Assembly (NCBI RefSeq): GCF_009834535.1 | Contig: NC_045696.1 | Coordinates: 120,714,001-120,778,000, forward strand | Length of the DNA: 64,000 nt | Direction: 5' to 3' | Source: Camelus ferus | Lineage: Eukaryota | Shown here: in pieces, positions 38,640 through 51,249 of the stretch | Numbering within the stretch: the stretch's first letter is position 1 | Layout: each line of letters begins with the position of its first letter | Position numbers and translations under genes: made by a program | Notes under the pieces: model-generated | The model's input: only the letters and a program-made list of their open reading frames with translations | Databases searched by the model: none | What the model was told of the DNA's origin: nothing

Positions 38640-39010
38640 AAACGGATTCAAATTATACCTTAACCACTAAAAGCAGTGTGACTTGAAAGAGATTCACCTT
38701 TCTGAGCCTCTGCTTCCTCATCTATAAATTGGGATTGATAAAATTTAGCTTACATAGTTAAGAGGATTAAGCCCTGTATAAATTCTCTTGTGAGAGAGGA
38801 AGGGTTGTTCCATGCACTGTGGAACCAGGCAACCCGATTTGAATGCTGGAGTCCACACTTACAATTTGGCCTTGTGCAAATTAGTAAAACATTTTGTGCT
38901 TCAATTTCTTTACCTGAGAAACAAAGATATTGATAGAACCTACCTTATGATGTGGTTGTTAGCATTTAGAACAATATCTCGCAGTGAGTAACTGCTCAGT
39001 AAACATTAAT
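38640..39010 (+). mobile_element. Tandem MIR fragments
   Basis: gtgtgacttgaaagagattcacctttctgagcctctgcttcctcatctataaattggg and a second core near 38870. Confidence 0.6.
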
Positions 39011-41184
39011 TGTGAATAGCCTAGTCCAGTGTTTGCATACTAATATGCCACCTGGCATTAATGTTATGACAGTTGAATGTGGAGAGGGGGTCACAGTAGT
39101 TGCTAAGATGCTCTCTATGTCATTATTAGTTAGGGAATGGGTGGAGTTAAGTACGGAATTGTCAACAGTGTTAAGGCTTTAAGCCCATAGGAAAATTTGG
39201 GGCTCTACCAAGAACCCAGGGGCCAGTGTAGAAAGAGATGGGCTTATAAGTTTCAGCTTCTGAGTTTTCCCATCTGAAATTGGGATAATGCCCCCTTGGA
39301 GGGTCGGTGTGAGGGAGAATGAAGCCTGCTATGTGAAGTGCCTGGAACACCAGGTGACACACAGTTAGTTTGCCTGAGTGACCAAGTGATGCTCCTGTTA
39401 CCCAGAAACAAAATCCTCCAGGTGGTCTGTAGATGAGTTACACCTTCAGGTGTGCACAGGGCACAACTGATGGTGGCTCCCTGGAGTGTCAGCCTGCAGA
39501 TTCTTCGGTCGTGTGTCCTGACTGCAGGGGTTGTTGGAGGCATCACTTCATCCCTGTGGTTCCTTTCAGCAATGCTGGTAATGTTTTTTGGTGCTTCAGT
39601 TTCCATTCTTCTGGACCTCTCTCCCGTGGGCCCACTTGAACTTCCTCAGCAAACCTTGACGAGTTTTTAGCCTTAATCTCCAGGATGCTTTATGAATACT
39701 TCCAGTCAGTCACTAGAAGTATATTAAGTGTTAGTTTCCTGGAATTTCAGGGGCTGGTCCTAGACTTCCATTTGTGGGTTAGGATTTTATCCACATCCTT
39801 TGGAACTCCTTTTCCATGTTTATCACACATCTAAACAGATACTGTTTAGAAATCTGAGGTGCACAAGTAAGTGACTCTTTTTCTGATTTTTAAAAAGTTA
39901 ATCATTTGTGTGTTTAAAGGGATGGTATTAGAAAAGATATTTTTAGCAGGAGAATTTTGTAGATAGTTTCTCCTTCCCAGTAATGGATTTGTTTCTTTGG
40001 AATAAATTTGGCCTTTCCCGTAGAAAAAACAATGTAAAATTAATGCACATAAAACTATTTTACATAGCCTTAAATATGGAAATGTTATAGTCTTCAAGAT
40101 TTTAGGACATGCTTAATTTAAGGTTAGAGGCAGGGCTAATCTATCTAAAATAAATTCCTCTGATCTTTTGGGATAGCATTTGAAAATGACAGTATTTTTA
40201 TTTATACTTTACTTTTAAAAAAAAAGTTTCTTATTCAAGTTCAAATTGTTGATCACTAGGAATGTGTCAAGAAGAGATTGTGTTAGAGTAGGTGGAAGAA
40301 CTATAATGAAATTGGGGTGAGAAGCCACCTTAATTGTATTTCTTTGACTAGAAATAGGAAACCAGGTTGTAAAAATATTATCTTCGGTATGGAAAACGTA
40401 GTTTATTATGTTTGCAGTTTTACTGATAAAATAATGTTCTTAATCAATATTTACAGAAAAGAGTTGTAACTAAAGAGATTTTATGATAACATTTTATAAA
40501 CTGTAGTAATTTAACCCAGAGGAAGACTGCTGCAGAGATTATTTGTAATCAATAGTCTTGACAGCTGAGTCCTAAATACATGATTTGTCTTAATGTTTTT
40601 ATCATTTATTTAATGTCAGCAGAGCTCAACTCTGTTCACTGAAGCAGTGTCAGTCAAAGTAGTCTTTTAGGGAACACTCCCCTTGGAGCCCAAGGCAGAT
40701 CTTCTTCTGAGATGTTGGTTAACCATAATCTGTTTAACAAGGTTAAATTTTGTTCTAAAGCTGGAAACAACACCTTAGCTTGATGGTAAAGTTAGCTGGG
40801 GTAATTTTTAAATTACATTGTTGTTACATGTAACATCTTAAAGATCTCTTAAGGATAAGTTCGAAAGTTCCTCCCACATTTACTTTGTTAAAAGAAGTTC
40901 TTTTTATAGTGATTTCAGGAATCAGCTGTGACAAGATTATTTTTACAGTTTTCATATGGACAAGTGTTAGTAAAAGGCAATAAAGTAAAAACTGGTTGGT
41001 GAGCTATAATTGTTGGGTAATGTTAATGCCATCATTTCATACAGGAAAGGATTTCTTAAGAGAAAAAGGCTATTGATGCATTTCCTCTTGAATTTGTATG
41101 GCTGATATTTATATGCACTTGTCAATAGGTCTCCCCTCTTCAAGGCTTTAAGTTAATATTGACAAAGGTATATGTCTTAGAATT

Positions 41185-41520
41185 ATCATCACCCCTCGGT
41201 ATTGAGGTATTGCAGGAACCCTGCAGATACCAAAATCCAAGGACACCCAAGTCCTTTATACAAAATGACATAGTAGTGCATATAGCTTATGCACATCTTC
41301 CCAAACACTTTAAATCATCTAATAGGTTACATATAATACCTAATGTAATGTAAATACGGTGTAAATCGTTGTAAAAAACAATGTAAATAGTTGCTAGGAT
41401 GCAACAAATTCAGGTTTCGCTTTTTGGAGCTTTCTGGATTTTTTTTTTTTTTTTAATATTTTTGATATGTAGTTGGTTAAATCTGACACAGAACCTGTGG
41501 ATGTGGAGCGTCAAATGTAC
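41185..41520 (+). mobile_element. MER2 (Tigger), near full length
   Basis: ccctcggtattg...gcagataccaaaatccaagg...ctttaaatcatcta...aatacctaatgtaatgtaaata...acagaacctgtggatgtggag. Confidence 0.8.
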
Positions 41521-43331
41521 AAGGAAATGACTCAAATTGTGTTCAATTAGATTAGTTTAGGCTATTGGACACATTTAGAATAAGTTTGTATGAAATGTTA
41601 CAAGGCTGTCTACCGTAGGTGTGGAAGGAGGAGGACAGCAATAGCAGGTCAGTAACATCACTTTTGGATGTTTGTAACTGGACATTTAATTCAACTTCAG
41701 ACTCTGCTTTTTCAGATTGGAGTTATGTCTTTAATATTCCTGTTAATGATAATTGCTTGCTTAAGTGAGACCTTTTGGCTTTACTTTTGGTCATTTCATA
41801 AAGGTGCTGACCTAAACATGTGTTCCCCAAGAGGAAACAGAAATTTAGCACAACACATTTTTTTTTTGTTGTTCTTTCATAAAGTTCTGAGACATTGAAG
41901 CATCCTTGAGGAAATTATTATTACTTAAAACGCACAACCTGATAAGGCCTGAATAGCAGCAGAACCCTGACTGAATATATTTGCTACCTATCCTGGTGGT
42001 TGCTGCTCAGTCCTTTACAAGAAAACTCAGAAATAATAACTAAGGCAGAATGATTTCGAGTGTTACCCATAATACTTCTCTTGATCACTGTTTTTTTTAA
42101 AAACTGTGAAATGTAAATTATAACTTTTGATTAGGCTGTGAATTTCAGATACTGAATTTAAAGTTATCTTGACTGTGATGTCTTAAAGTCAAAAAGGATA
42201 AAACATTTCCCAAGAACCATTAGTACAATAACGTTCTATTCTCTGCCTAGGGGAGAGATCAACTTTAAAATAGATCCTGGATTTATTTTTTTTCTCCACT
42301 TAAAGCCTTTCATTTGCAGTGCAGGTAAATTAGCGTTTTGGTGCTGTGTGTCATATGTATGAGTATTTAATATATACGCCTTTGTATGCGGTTATTTCAC
42401 TAGATGTCATTTGACCATCTGTTGTGGAGTTTCCCTAATGGAATGTCTGCTGTACTTGCCTTCATGTGGCTTTATGCATTGGGAGGGGCAGAAATGCTTG
42501 TTGGTTCAAGCTTTCTTTGGGAACCGTCCCTCACTTCTCTCTTGAGTGTCGGTTCTGCAGTCCCTTGGAGCAGGCACACAAGTGCCAGAAATAGCGTGCA
42601 CGCCACTTTTTAATGGCATGTGAACTAATCTCTGCTGTGTCCTCTTACCCCTCGTCAGGGCTGCTATTGACTGAGAGTTGACATCTGAGTGAAAGTGTCT
42701 GATCGGATGGGAAATTTCAGTTTCCTTTCCCACTCCAGAAAAGGAGGATGTGGTCTTTGCCGACCACTCGGATATCCACGGGCCCCTACCCCGAGGTTGG
42801 CAGTTCAGTTATGGTATCTTGCTGTATACCCTTCAGTCATTTGAGGGTCCAAGAGAGGTGTGTTTATTTTAATTTCTTCTGTTAGAGACCAAGGAGGGAG
42901 TTGGCCTTGTATCTGCGTTGGAGTGAAGCGGATGGAGAGTAGGGGGTGAGAGGGACATTTCACTCCTGGGAAGAGCCTGCTGCTAGATAATGGGGCGTGA
43001 GGGGAAGATGGGGTCAGAAATGACCACAAGCTGTTGAGCCTCACGAGCAGGTGAATGGGGGTGCCACCTCCTGGCTGGGGGAGGTAGCGGACGTGGGGTG
43101 GCCACAGGGAGTGTGTGGAAGGTCAGACTGTCACGTGCATGTGCCTGTCGTACAGGTCTGTGTGTGGACAGAGGTTTGTCTTAAAATTGAATACCAGTAG
43201 GGCCACAAGACCAGGGTTCAAAGTAAGCTCCTGAGGCAAAGACCCTCAGGTGTCCCTCATGCAGTTTGGACAGAGTCTGGTGTGTAGCCACTGTCCATTG
43301 AATGAAAATTACGGGCTTCTTCATTGTAACT

Positions 43332-43530
43332 CAGTGGTTCTCAGCCGGGGGCGATTTTGGCCTCCATGGGACAGTGCCTAGAGCTGTGGGTGGATGCTTC
43401 TGCCATCCAGTGGGTAGAGGCAGGGGTGCTGGTTAACATTTTGTGATGTACAAGGCAGCCCTCTGTCCCCCACCAAAGCGAAGAACTATCTGGCCCCAAA
43501 TGTCCGTGGTACTGAGTTTGAGAAGTTCCT
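43332..43530. mobile_element. MER20 (hAT-Charlie)
   Basis: cagtggttctcagccgggggcgattttggcc...catccagtgggtagaggcagggg...aagaactatctggccccaaatgtc. Confidence 0.8.
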
Positions 43531-45025
43531 TTAAGCTTTGCCATCCTCCCTTGTGAAGGGATGAAGACTCTGCTCCAGGCTTGTTGGGGTCAAAGTAGGA
43601 CAAGGCATGTAAGCGCCTGGCATGAAAAGCTGCTGAGGAAATACTGATTTCCTTCACCTTGTTGATGAATAAATTGGAGTAAATTATTTTTGGCATTGGT
43701 TTTTAAGCAGCTTCTAATTTCATGGTTTCACATATTTTTCTGTCTTAATGCTTTTCTCATGGTTTTACCAAATTATGATTTTGACTCTGCTTTGGCTTGG
43801 GGTTTGGGTATTTCATGATTTGTATCTATCAGTAGGCAAAAATGCTACAATCTGGATTAAATAATTTTACTTGCTTTCAGAACTTTTACTGTTGGAAAGC
43901 CATTTTATTGTTCTTTGAAATTGACTGAAATGTTCTGAGTTGTTCGTTTTGGAAAGTGCCAGACCTCCTGTGTCTGCAATGCCCTTTCCCTTTTTATCCA
44001 TTTACAAAATTTCAAGTAGACTCCTCTCAAAGTTCAGCAATTTTCTTCAGATTTACTTATTTAGGGTGTGGAGTACGTGGCTTTCTTTTGCCTGTCAAGT
44101 ACCTTTTTACAGTCTTTTGTAAAGTGTGGACATTACCACCAGCTCTTTCACTCGTGTCAGGGGCAGGACATGTGTTTTTTCAATTCTCATACAAGGGGCC
44201 AGCCCTTGGAAATGTACTCTAGTCCTAGCCTCGCTGTGGTCAGCGTCTGTTTACATGTGCATGGTTGAGGGCATTCTCATTTTTGAGGAGTCCTTTGCTG
44301 ATACCTCTTTCCTTTTAAGCTAGTTCTGTCTTCCTGTACACTAATTTCCACAGCTGTGATGTGGTATCAATAAAGTAGAGGTGATTTTGTGGCAGCAAAG
44401 AAATTCTCATTTCGCTTAAACCTGTAGGATTCCAAGTTGGTAATTTTTGATGATATTAAATTGTGTCTGACCACAAATTGTTTTTTAGGGGTTACACGGC
44501 TCCCTGCTGTACCTGTGACCATTTTGGTCTGTTAACTGCAGGGTGCAAATAATGCCATAGGTCATGCCTTTGATTTCATAAGGGTTTGGTTTGCTATAGC
44601 TTGTAGAAGTAAGCCCACGCACTAACTGCTGCATGCCATTGGCGAGGGGGAACTAGGAGAAGGAAGGAAAGTGTGTGCCATTTGTATGGTTGAATTACTG
44701 GCTAGTCTGTGGATTTTATGGAAAGTAATAACCTTTACCAAAGGAGGACCACAGTCTTCTTAAGAAGTTTTTTTTCACTCTGATATTATTAGTAGAATAA
44801 TTGTTGCTATCTGAAGGCTGTAAAAGACTTTAGTTGCATGTTTAGTAATAAATGTATTTTTTCCCTTGTAATAAATTCTTTTCTCTTGTGGGGAGATACT
44901 TTGAAACTGCAGACATTCTGTTTCTCTAACATACTTTGCACAGGCCACTTTTTGCATCTATCAAGGTTCTTGCTGGCAGCAATTACTACTGTGGTGTTTG
45001 CCTAGTGGTGATTTTCTGTTTCTTT

Positions 45026-45485
45026 TGTTGGAGAGGAAGAAAAATGTACCCTTCTAGGTTCTTCTGGCTGGTCCAAGAATTAGAATGTCATGAGACAGAT
45101 TAAGAGGAGAAAATGAAATTTTACTTTATGGGTCCTGGAACCCCACATCCATGAGAGGTTCAGAGATAGAAAGGTAGAATGAGATGTATGTGCCATTCTG
45201 AGCTGAGGATGGTCAGGGCCTGGGGCTTCCAAGGATAGGAGGGTCACTCACAGACAGTGAGCAGATGAGCAGGTGTTTGATACTTAGATGTTTGCCCTGC
45301 CGTACATATGGGTCCACTTAGATAAAATGTATTTCTGGTTCTAAGTCTTTTTCTGGGGAAAATCTCCAGTTTAAATTCGAGGTAGTCAAGGGATGAGCGG
45401 TTGTTTCTCTTGAGCCTGCAGGGTTTCTTTTGCCGTTAGCTCAGTACAATCCACATGCCTGTAGTGGTACATCTTCACCCCTACA
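45026..45485. mobile_element. Solo LTR, ERV1-type (MER34/MER39-like, family uncertain)
   Basis: TGTTGGAGAGG...CCCCTACA ends; near TSD CTTT/CTCT; acccttctaggttctt and gacagattaagaggagaaaa motifs. Confidence 0.65.
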
Positions 45486-45489
45486 CTCT

Positions 45490-46340
45490 CATTCCCTATG
45501 TATTTATTAATGGCAGTTCTACTGTTAAGAAAGAACTGTCCTTTTTTCTCCTTTTGTAAATTGTCCGATTATTTATTTACATGGATCTGTGGGTATTTTA
45601 CCATGTGGGTTAAAATCTAATGCTTTGTTGCTCAAATTGTTCCATCTTTGGTTAGTGAGAGCACTTTCAAATTTGCCTCCTATGTCCTTGCTACAGTGCA
45701 CTCATCATTTTGTGAATACTAATTCACTTTCTGGTACCACAGTGTGTTACAGGTGCATCTCATATTTTTTCTGTTTGCACCAGCCTTGGAATCAACCATT
45801 TTTCCAAAGGAGGCAGATTCATTTTATTGCAGAGAAGTGTCTAGAAACTAAGATCTGAGTGCCAGATGTGTTCAGTACTGTTGAGGTGTTATTGTTTCTA
45901 GGTCCTTTCAGTAGATAGAGCTAGCAAATATGTATATATTTGTAGTATATGTACAAGTATATTTTTATTTCTTTATCCATCTGTATGTAAATTAAAAACC
46001 ACGTGTTCATACTGATGCTGCTAGTTCCAGTCCCATACCTGACGGTTCATTCTAGTCTCCCCCCCCACTCCCCCAATTCCCCCCCTTTTTTTTACTTTCT
46101 CCTCCAGAGTTAAGAAACCTGATTCTCACCCACAGAAATTTACATATTTTTTCAATCTTTGTGTACACACACAAAAGTAGTTTCAGAATTGCTAACTTTT
46201 TCCCTGTGAGAAACACATTACAATTTTTTTTTCTAAAGAGATGTAATTTTACCTATACAGGTTTAATCTTTTTCCTATTTTTTGGTGTAGTCTCAAATTA
46301 CCCCTTTTATGTTGAGCTTGTTACCAAATTGAAGTTAATA
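45490..46340 (-). mobile_element. Old L1 (L1MC/MD-like) 3' region
   Basis: cagccttggaatcaaccattttttccaaagga-like and agaaactaagatctgagtgc motifs. Confidence 0.6.
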
Positions 46341-46459
46341 TAGTTTTTTTTTTCTCCCTTGATTCTTTATGCTATAATAAGTTGTTAAGAACCTATTCTG
46401 ATAAAAAGGAGCAATTTTCTGATTGCCACATTCCTCAGAGTTTTGTGTACCTTCACCTC

Positions 46460-48058
46460 TTGTTTCTGGTAGCAGAGTCCATGTACCATTTCTTGTAAGA
46501 CAGGTCTAGTGCTGCTGAACTGCCTCAGCTTTTGTTTGTCTGGGAAAGTCGTTGTCCTTCGCATTTGAATAATAACTTTGCTGTAGAGAGCATTCTTGAA
46601 TGACAGTTTTTAATCTCACTATTTTGAGAATGTCATTCCACTCCCTCCTGGCCTGTAGAATTTCTGCTGAGAAGTCTGCTGGTCACCATGGGAGAGGGTG
46701 GAGGGGGTCCTCTGTTACCATCCTTTTCCCTTTAAAATTTAAAATTCTTTGTCATTGACTTTTGACAATTTTAATATAATGTGTCTTGGAGAAGGTCTTC
46801 TTGCACTGAGGTAATGAGGTGCTCTCTTAGCTTCACGGAATTGTACATCGGTTCCTTCTCCACGCTTGGGAAGTTCTCAGCTATTATTTCTTTAAATAAA
46901 CTCTGTTCCCTTCTTCCTCTCTTTTCCTTCCTGGTTGTTTGTTATCCTAATGTTGCCCTTCCTAAAGAGTCTGATAGCTCTTGTGGAATTCCTCTTTTTA
47001 AAAATATCTCATTTCTCTTTCTTCTGCTTGTATCATTTCTAGAGTTCTGACATCAGGTTCTCTCATGCTCTCCTCCATGGGGTCTGCTCTATTTCCAGTG
47101 CTTTTTAATGCACTCTTTATCTTGTTTATTGAGTTCTTCAGCTCTGGAGTTGCTCTTTGGTTCTTTTTTGGCATTTTAGTCTCTTTGGTAAAGTGTTCCG
47201 TCTGTTTCGTTGGTTTCATTCCTGAGCTCATTGAACTGCCTTTAGGTTTTCTTGTGGCTGGTTGTTGATCTTGACTGCTTTTTGGAATTCTCTGTTAGAT
47301 TGCAATATTCTGAAACTTTGATTTCTGGAGAATTGTCAGTTTATTTTTGTGGTACAGTGTTACTGTGATTCTTTGTGTTGCTGATGAGTTGTTCCTCTGC
47401 CAGTGCATTTGAAGTAGCGACCACCTTTCTGCCTGATTCTGAGCTGCTTCTGGCTATATCTGAGAGTCTGCACTTTGCATGATCCCCACCTCTGTCAGAG
47501 GCATGGCTCCAGTGCTTTTGTTACTGCTTCTTGTGCCTCCAGAGTCGTTGGCTCCTTGCTTCTGGTAGTGTTGCTGCCTGATGCACCCAGATGGTGGGCT
47601 CTTCCTTTGCATCCGGGATCCCCTGAGTTGCAGGCTTCATTGCTATGGAATGGAAAACGGGGGTTGTTGGGGGAGTTGGGGTTGCACACATGCCTCTGCT
47701 GTGTCCGGTGTTGTAAGGTTCAAGAGCTCCACTGCTGAGGGTAGGGTGGGATGGAGTCAGAGGTGCCTCAGTGGCTGGAGCTGTGGGGTTCCAGGCCCCA
47801 CTGCCCCTGCTGCCCAGTTAACCTGTGGCCCTAGGGCCTGCTGTGCCAAGGGGCTGGAATCATGTGTACCGCCTCCCCTGCTACTCCTGGGTTCTCCGGG
47901 GCTGAGGGCTTGGCTGCTGAGGTGGGGACCTCTCTGTGTTCCAGTCCACTCACCTTTAGATGTGCTGATGCATGGAATTCTCTGGTGTCCTGGTGTGTTG
48001 GGCCGAGGCATCTTTTGTTGCATCGTGGATCCTTTATTGGTTGTAGACTGAAGTGGAA
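46460..48058 (-). mobile_element. L1 5' fragment: 5'UTR, decayed ORF1 and ORF2 start
   Basis: Minus-strand peptide ...ELKNSINKIKSALKSTGNRADPMEESM... resembles the ORF1p coiled coil; many stops and frameshifts. Confidence 0.75.
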
Positions 48059-48073
48059 AGACAGGCAGCTTTT

Positions 48074-48291
48074 CTTTTTTTTTTTTTTTTTTTAAGTATT
48101 TTTATTGAAGTATAGTTAGTTTACAGTGTGTCAATTTCTGGTGTACAGCACAATACTTTAGTCATACAGGAACATACATATATTCATTTTCATATTTTTT
48201 TTACCAGAAGTTACTACAAGATAATTGAATATAGTTCCCTGTGCTATACAGTATAAACTTGTTGTTTATCTATTTTATATATAGTAGTTAG
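48074..48291 (-). mobile_element. Camelid L1 3'-end insertion
   Basis: T run, then ttattgaagtatagttagtttacagtgtgtcaatttctggtgtacagca; 15-bp TSD at 48059-48073 and 48292-48306. Confidence 0.85.
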
Positions 48292-48914
48292 AGACAGGTG
48301 GCTTTTCACTCTGCCATGTTGCTGACTTCTGGGAACACATTTTTCACCTGAAGTACAGTATTTGGCTTTAACTTTACGGTACACAGTCTAAATCTGTCTT
48401 CCAAGTTACTTAGGCTAGTTTGTCTCTTCCCTCCCTACTTGTGTCTGGTTATGTATGTTACTTATTAACTGTTTGTGTTCTATTTTACGTTCTTTGCACA
48501 TCCTGTTTGATTTTTAATCTTTTAAACCTTTTGAAGTAAGTGGTGATCGTATCCCTCCTCTATTTATCTGTAATGAAGTCTTTTCTTCAAAGGACTGGCT
48601 TTGCTTACAGTGAGGTACAGTGCAGCTTGCTTTGGCTCACAGCAGTTTACATGAGAAAGGAGCTGTGCCCTGGAGGTCGCTCTCTCTGGCTTGCTCATCT
48701 AGTTCCTTAGTTACAGCTCTCACGTCTCCATCTTCTCCACTCCGGAAAGCTACGGTCCCATAGCTTTAAGTGTGTGAAATCCATCACCCAGTTGTCCTCC
48801 TTTATTCTAGATGCGTAGTTTTAGACTCAACATCACCTACAGACTGAATACTAGTTCTCTTACTGTTGGAGTAAATCATGACAAACTATTTTGCAGATCT
48901 TGTCCTTTACTGCT

Positions 48915-49910
48915 TTATTATTTTTTGAAGTGTAATTCACATGTTGTAAAATTCTCCATCTTAAAGTACACAGTTCAGTGTTTTTTTAGTGTATTTGTTG
49001 ATTTAATTCCAGAACATTTCTGTCACCCCAGAAAGAAACCTCTTAGCCCTTAGCAATTACTTCCTGTTCTCCTTTCCCCAACCCCTGGCAACTACTAATC
49101 CACTTTTTGTCTCTAAATTTGCCTGTTCTGAATATTTCATCTAAATGGATTTATATAATATGTGACCTTTTGCGCCTTACTTCTCATTTTAGCATGTTTC
49201 CAGCATTTAGCCATGTCATAGCATGTATCATTTCATTCTTTTTTTTTGGTTAAATGATACTCTGTTGTATGGATATACCACATTTTATTTATCCATTTGT
49301 CAGTTCATGAATAGTTGGGTTGTTTCTACTTTCCTGGCTAATATAAATAATAATACTGGGAACAGTCTTGTATAAGTTTCTGCATGAATATGTATTTTCA
49401 GTTCTTTTGTGTGTGTGCATAGGAGTAGGAGTGCTGGGTTATATGGTGATTCTGTGTTTAATATATTGAGGAATCCCTACAGAGTTTGTATCATTTTTTT
49501 ATTCCCATCAGTAGTATATGAGGGTTCTGACTAATTTCTCCACATCTTCTCCAGCACTTGCTATTTTCTTTCTTTTTAATTGCCATCTTGTGGGGTATGA
49601 AGTGGTGTCATGTTGTGGCTTTGATCTGTACTTCCCAATCATTTATGATACCAAACATCTTTACATGTGCTTTTTGCTATTTGCATTATCTTTGGAGAAA
49701 TGTTTATTCAGATCCTTTGCCCCTTACATAATTTTGTTATTTGGTTTTGTATTGTTGTTTATTTCAGTATTCTGGATACTAGGGTTGTTTTGTCTATGCT
49801 GAGTCCCTTGCAGTCGCATATGAATTTTGGAATCAGTTTGTCCATTTCTGTAAAAAAGACAGTTGGAATTTTCACAGGCATTATATTGAATTGTCCTTTA
49901 CTTTGAGGTT
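48915..49910 (-). mobile_element. L1MB/ME-like 3' fragment
   Basis: ccagaacatttctgtcaccccagaaagaaacc; tgttgtatggatataccacattttatttatccatt. Confidence 0.75.
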
Positions 49911-50099
49911 GTAATGTTCTTACTTAGGTAAAAACATAAGGTCTTTTTGAACATTTGGGTATCATTTTATTCTAGTTAAGAGTTTAAATTAGTAACATCT
50001 TATTCCTCCCTTTTTTGCCCTCCTCTCCAGAGATTAACTTAGTGGAGTAAAACCTGTATTACTCAATAAATGGTTTAGGGACAGTTAGCTAACTTTTGG

Positions 50100-51010
50100 T
50101 AAAAAAATATAAATGGAATGAGAAAGGCTTTTTAAAAAAACTAAGCATGAGATAAAACCCCAAAACCATAATGCAAAGGATTTAAATGCTGATCATACAA
50201 GATTTTAAAAAGAAACAAAAAGTCAGTAGACAAACTGGAAGCCAATGATAAAAACACTTGAAACAAATGACTAAAGGCTACTTTGCGACAGAATACTCTT
50301 TAAATCTATAAGAAATAGCCAGTATCTTGTAGGGGAAAACAGCCAAAGGACATGAGCAAGCATTTCATTGAAAAAGGTTGCAGAAGGCCCAAAGATAGAT
50401 GGAAAGGTGTTCGACCTCAGTAATGAAGAAATGTGAATTAAAATAACACCTTCTACTCATCAAATTGACAAAAATTAAAAAATTTGATTATGCTTAACCT
50501 TGGCTAGATTGCAGAGAAGAGAGAATCTCCTGACTGTTGTTGGGTGTTCATTTGACTTGGTTCCTTTGAAGAGCAATTTAGTGATAGCTGTCAGAATGAA
50601 AAATACACTCAACATTTCCACAGCCAGGATTATATCTTGTATCTGTACTTGCGTAAGCATACAAAAAGATTTATATAAAGATGTTTTTGTTTATAACATA
50701 AATGTAATTGCAGCATTTGTAATAGCAGAAGATGGGAATAACCTAAGTGTCTGTCATCGAGAGGGCTAAACTAGGGTACTACCGTATAATGAAATGCTTT
50801 GTGAGCCATTAAAAAAAACAGGACAGATCAGTATGTGTGGTGAAATAGAGGTCCAAAATGTATTGAGTGAAAAAAGCAAGTTGTAGTTATGTGATTCCAT
50901 TTATAGTTAAAACAAAGCAGAAACACAACAGAAAGTCATAACATATTTGCATAGAAAATGGCTGGCAGTGTACACAAAGAGTTAATTAACAGAGGCTACC
51001 TCTGGGCAGT
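50100..51010 (+). mobile_element. L1ME-like fragment
   Basis: aaggacatgagcaagcatttc...gaaatgtgaattaaaataacac...catttgtaatagcagaaga. Confidence 0.65.
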
Positions 51011-51227
51011 CCAACTGGGGAGATGCATTTGTTACATTGAAAACTTTCTTATTACCTGACTCTTTAAAAACAATGAGCAGGTTTTTATTTTTCAAAAAAT
51101 CATTGGAAATGTCTTAGTGTAATTAAGAGATTATGCTCCTTTAGGAGTGAGAGGTTTTTTTTTTTTTTCCTGTCAGGTTGATTATTTTGTGTAAGATCCC
51201 TGTTGGTTTGCAGAGTGAGTGGGTTTT

Positions 51228-51249
51228 TGTGTGTGTGTGTGTGTGTGTG
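51228..51249. repeat. (TG)11 microsatellite
   Basis: Direct reading. Confidence 0.95.

Noticed and set aside
42779-42803. GPLPRGW peptide resembling a WW-domain start
   Set aside because: The downstream residues lack the aromatic cluster and second Trp; chance match.
46998-47231. 77-aa coiled-coil-like ORF on the minus strand
   Set aside because: Decayed L1 ORF1p remnant inside an L1 fragment.
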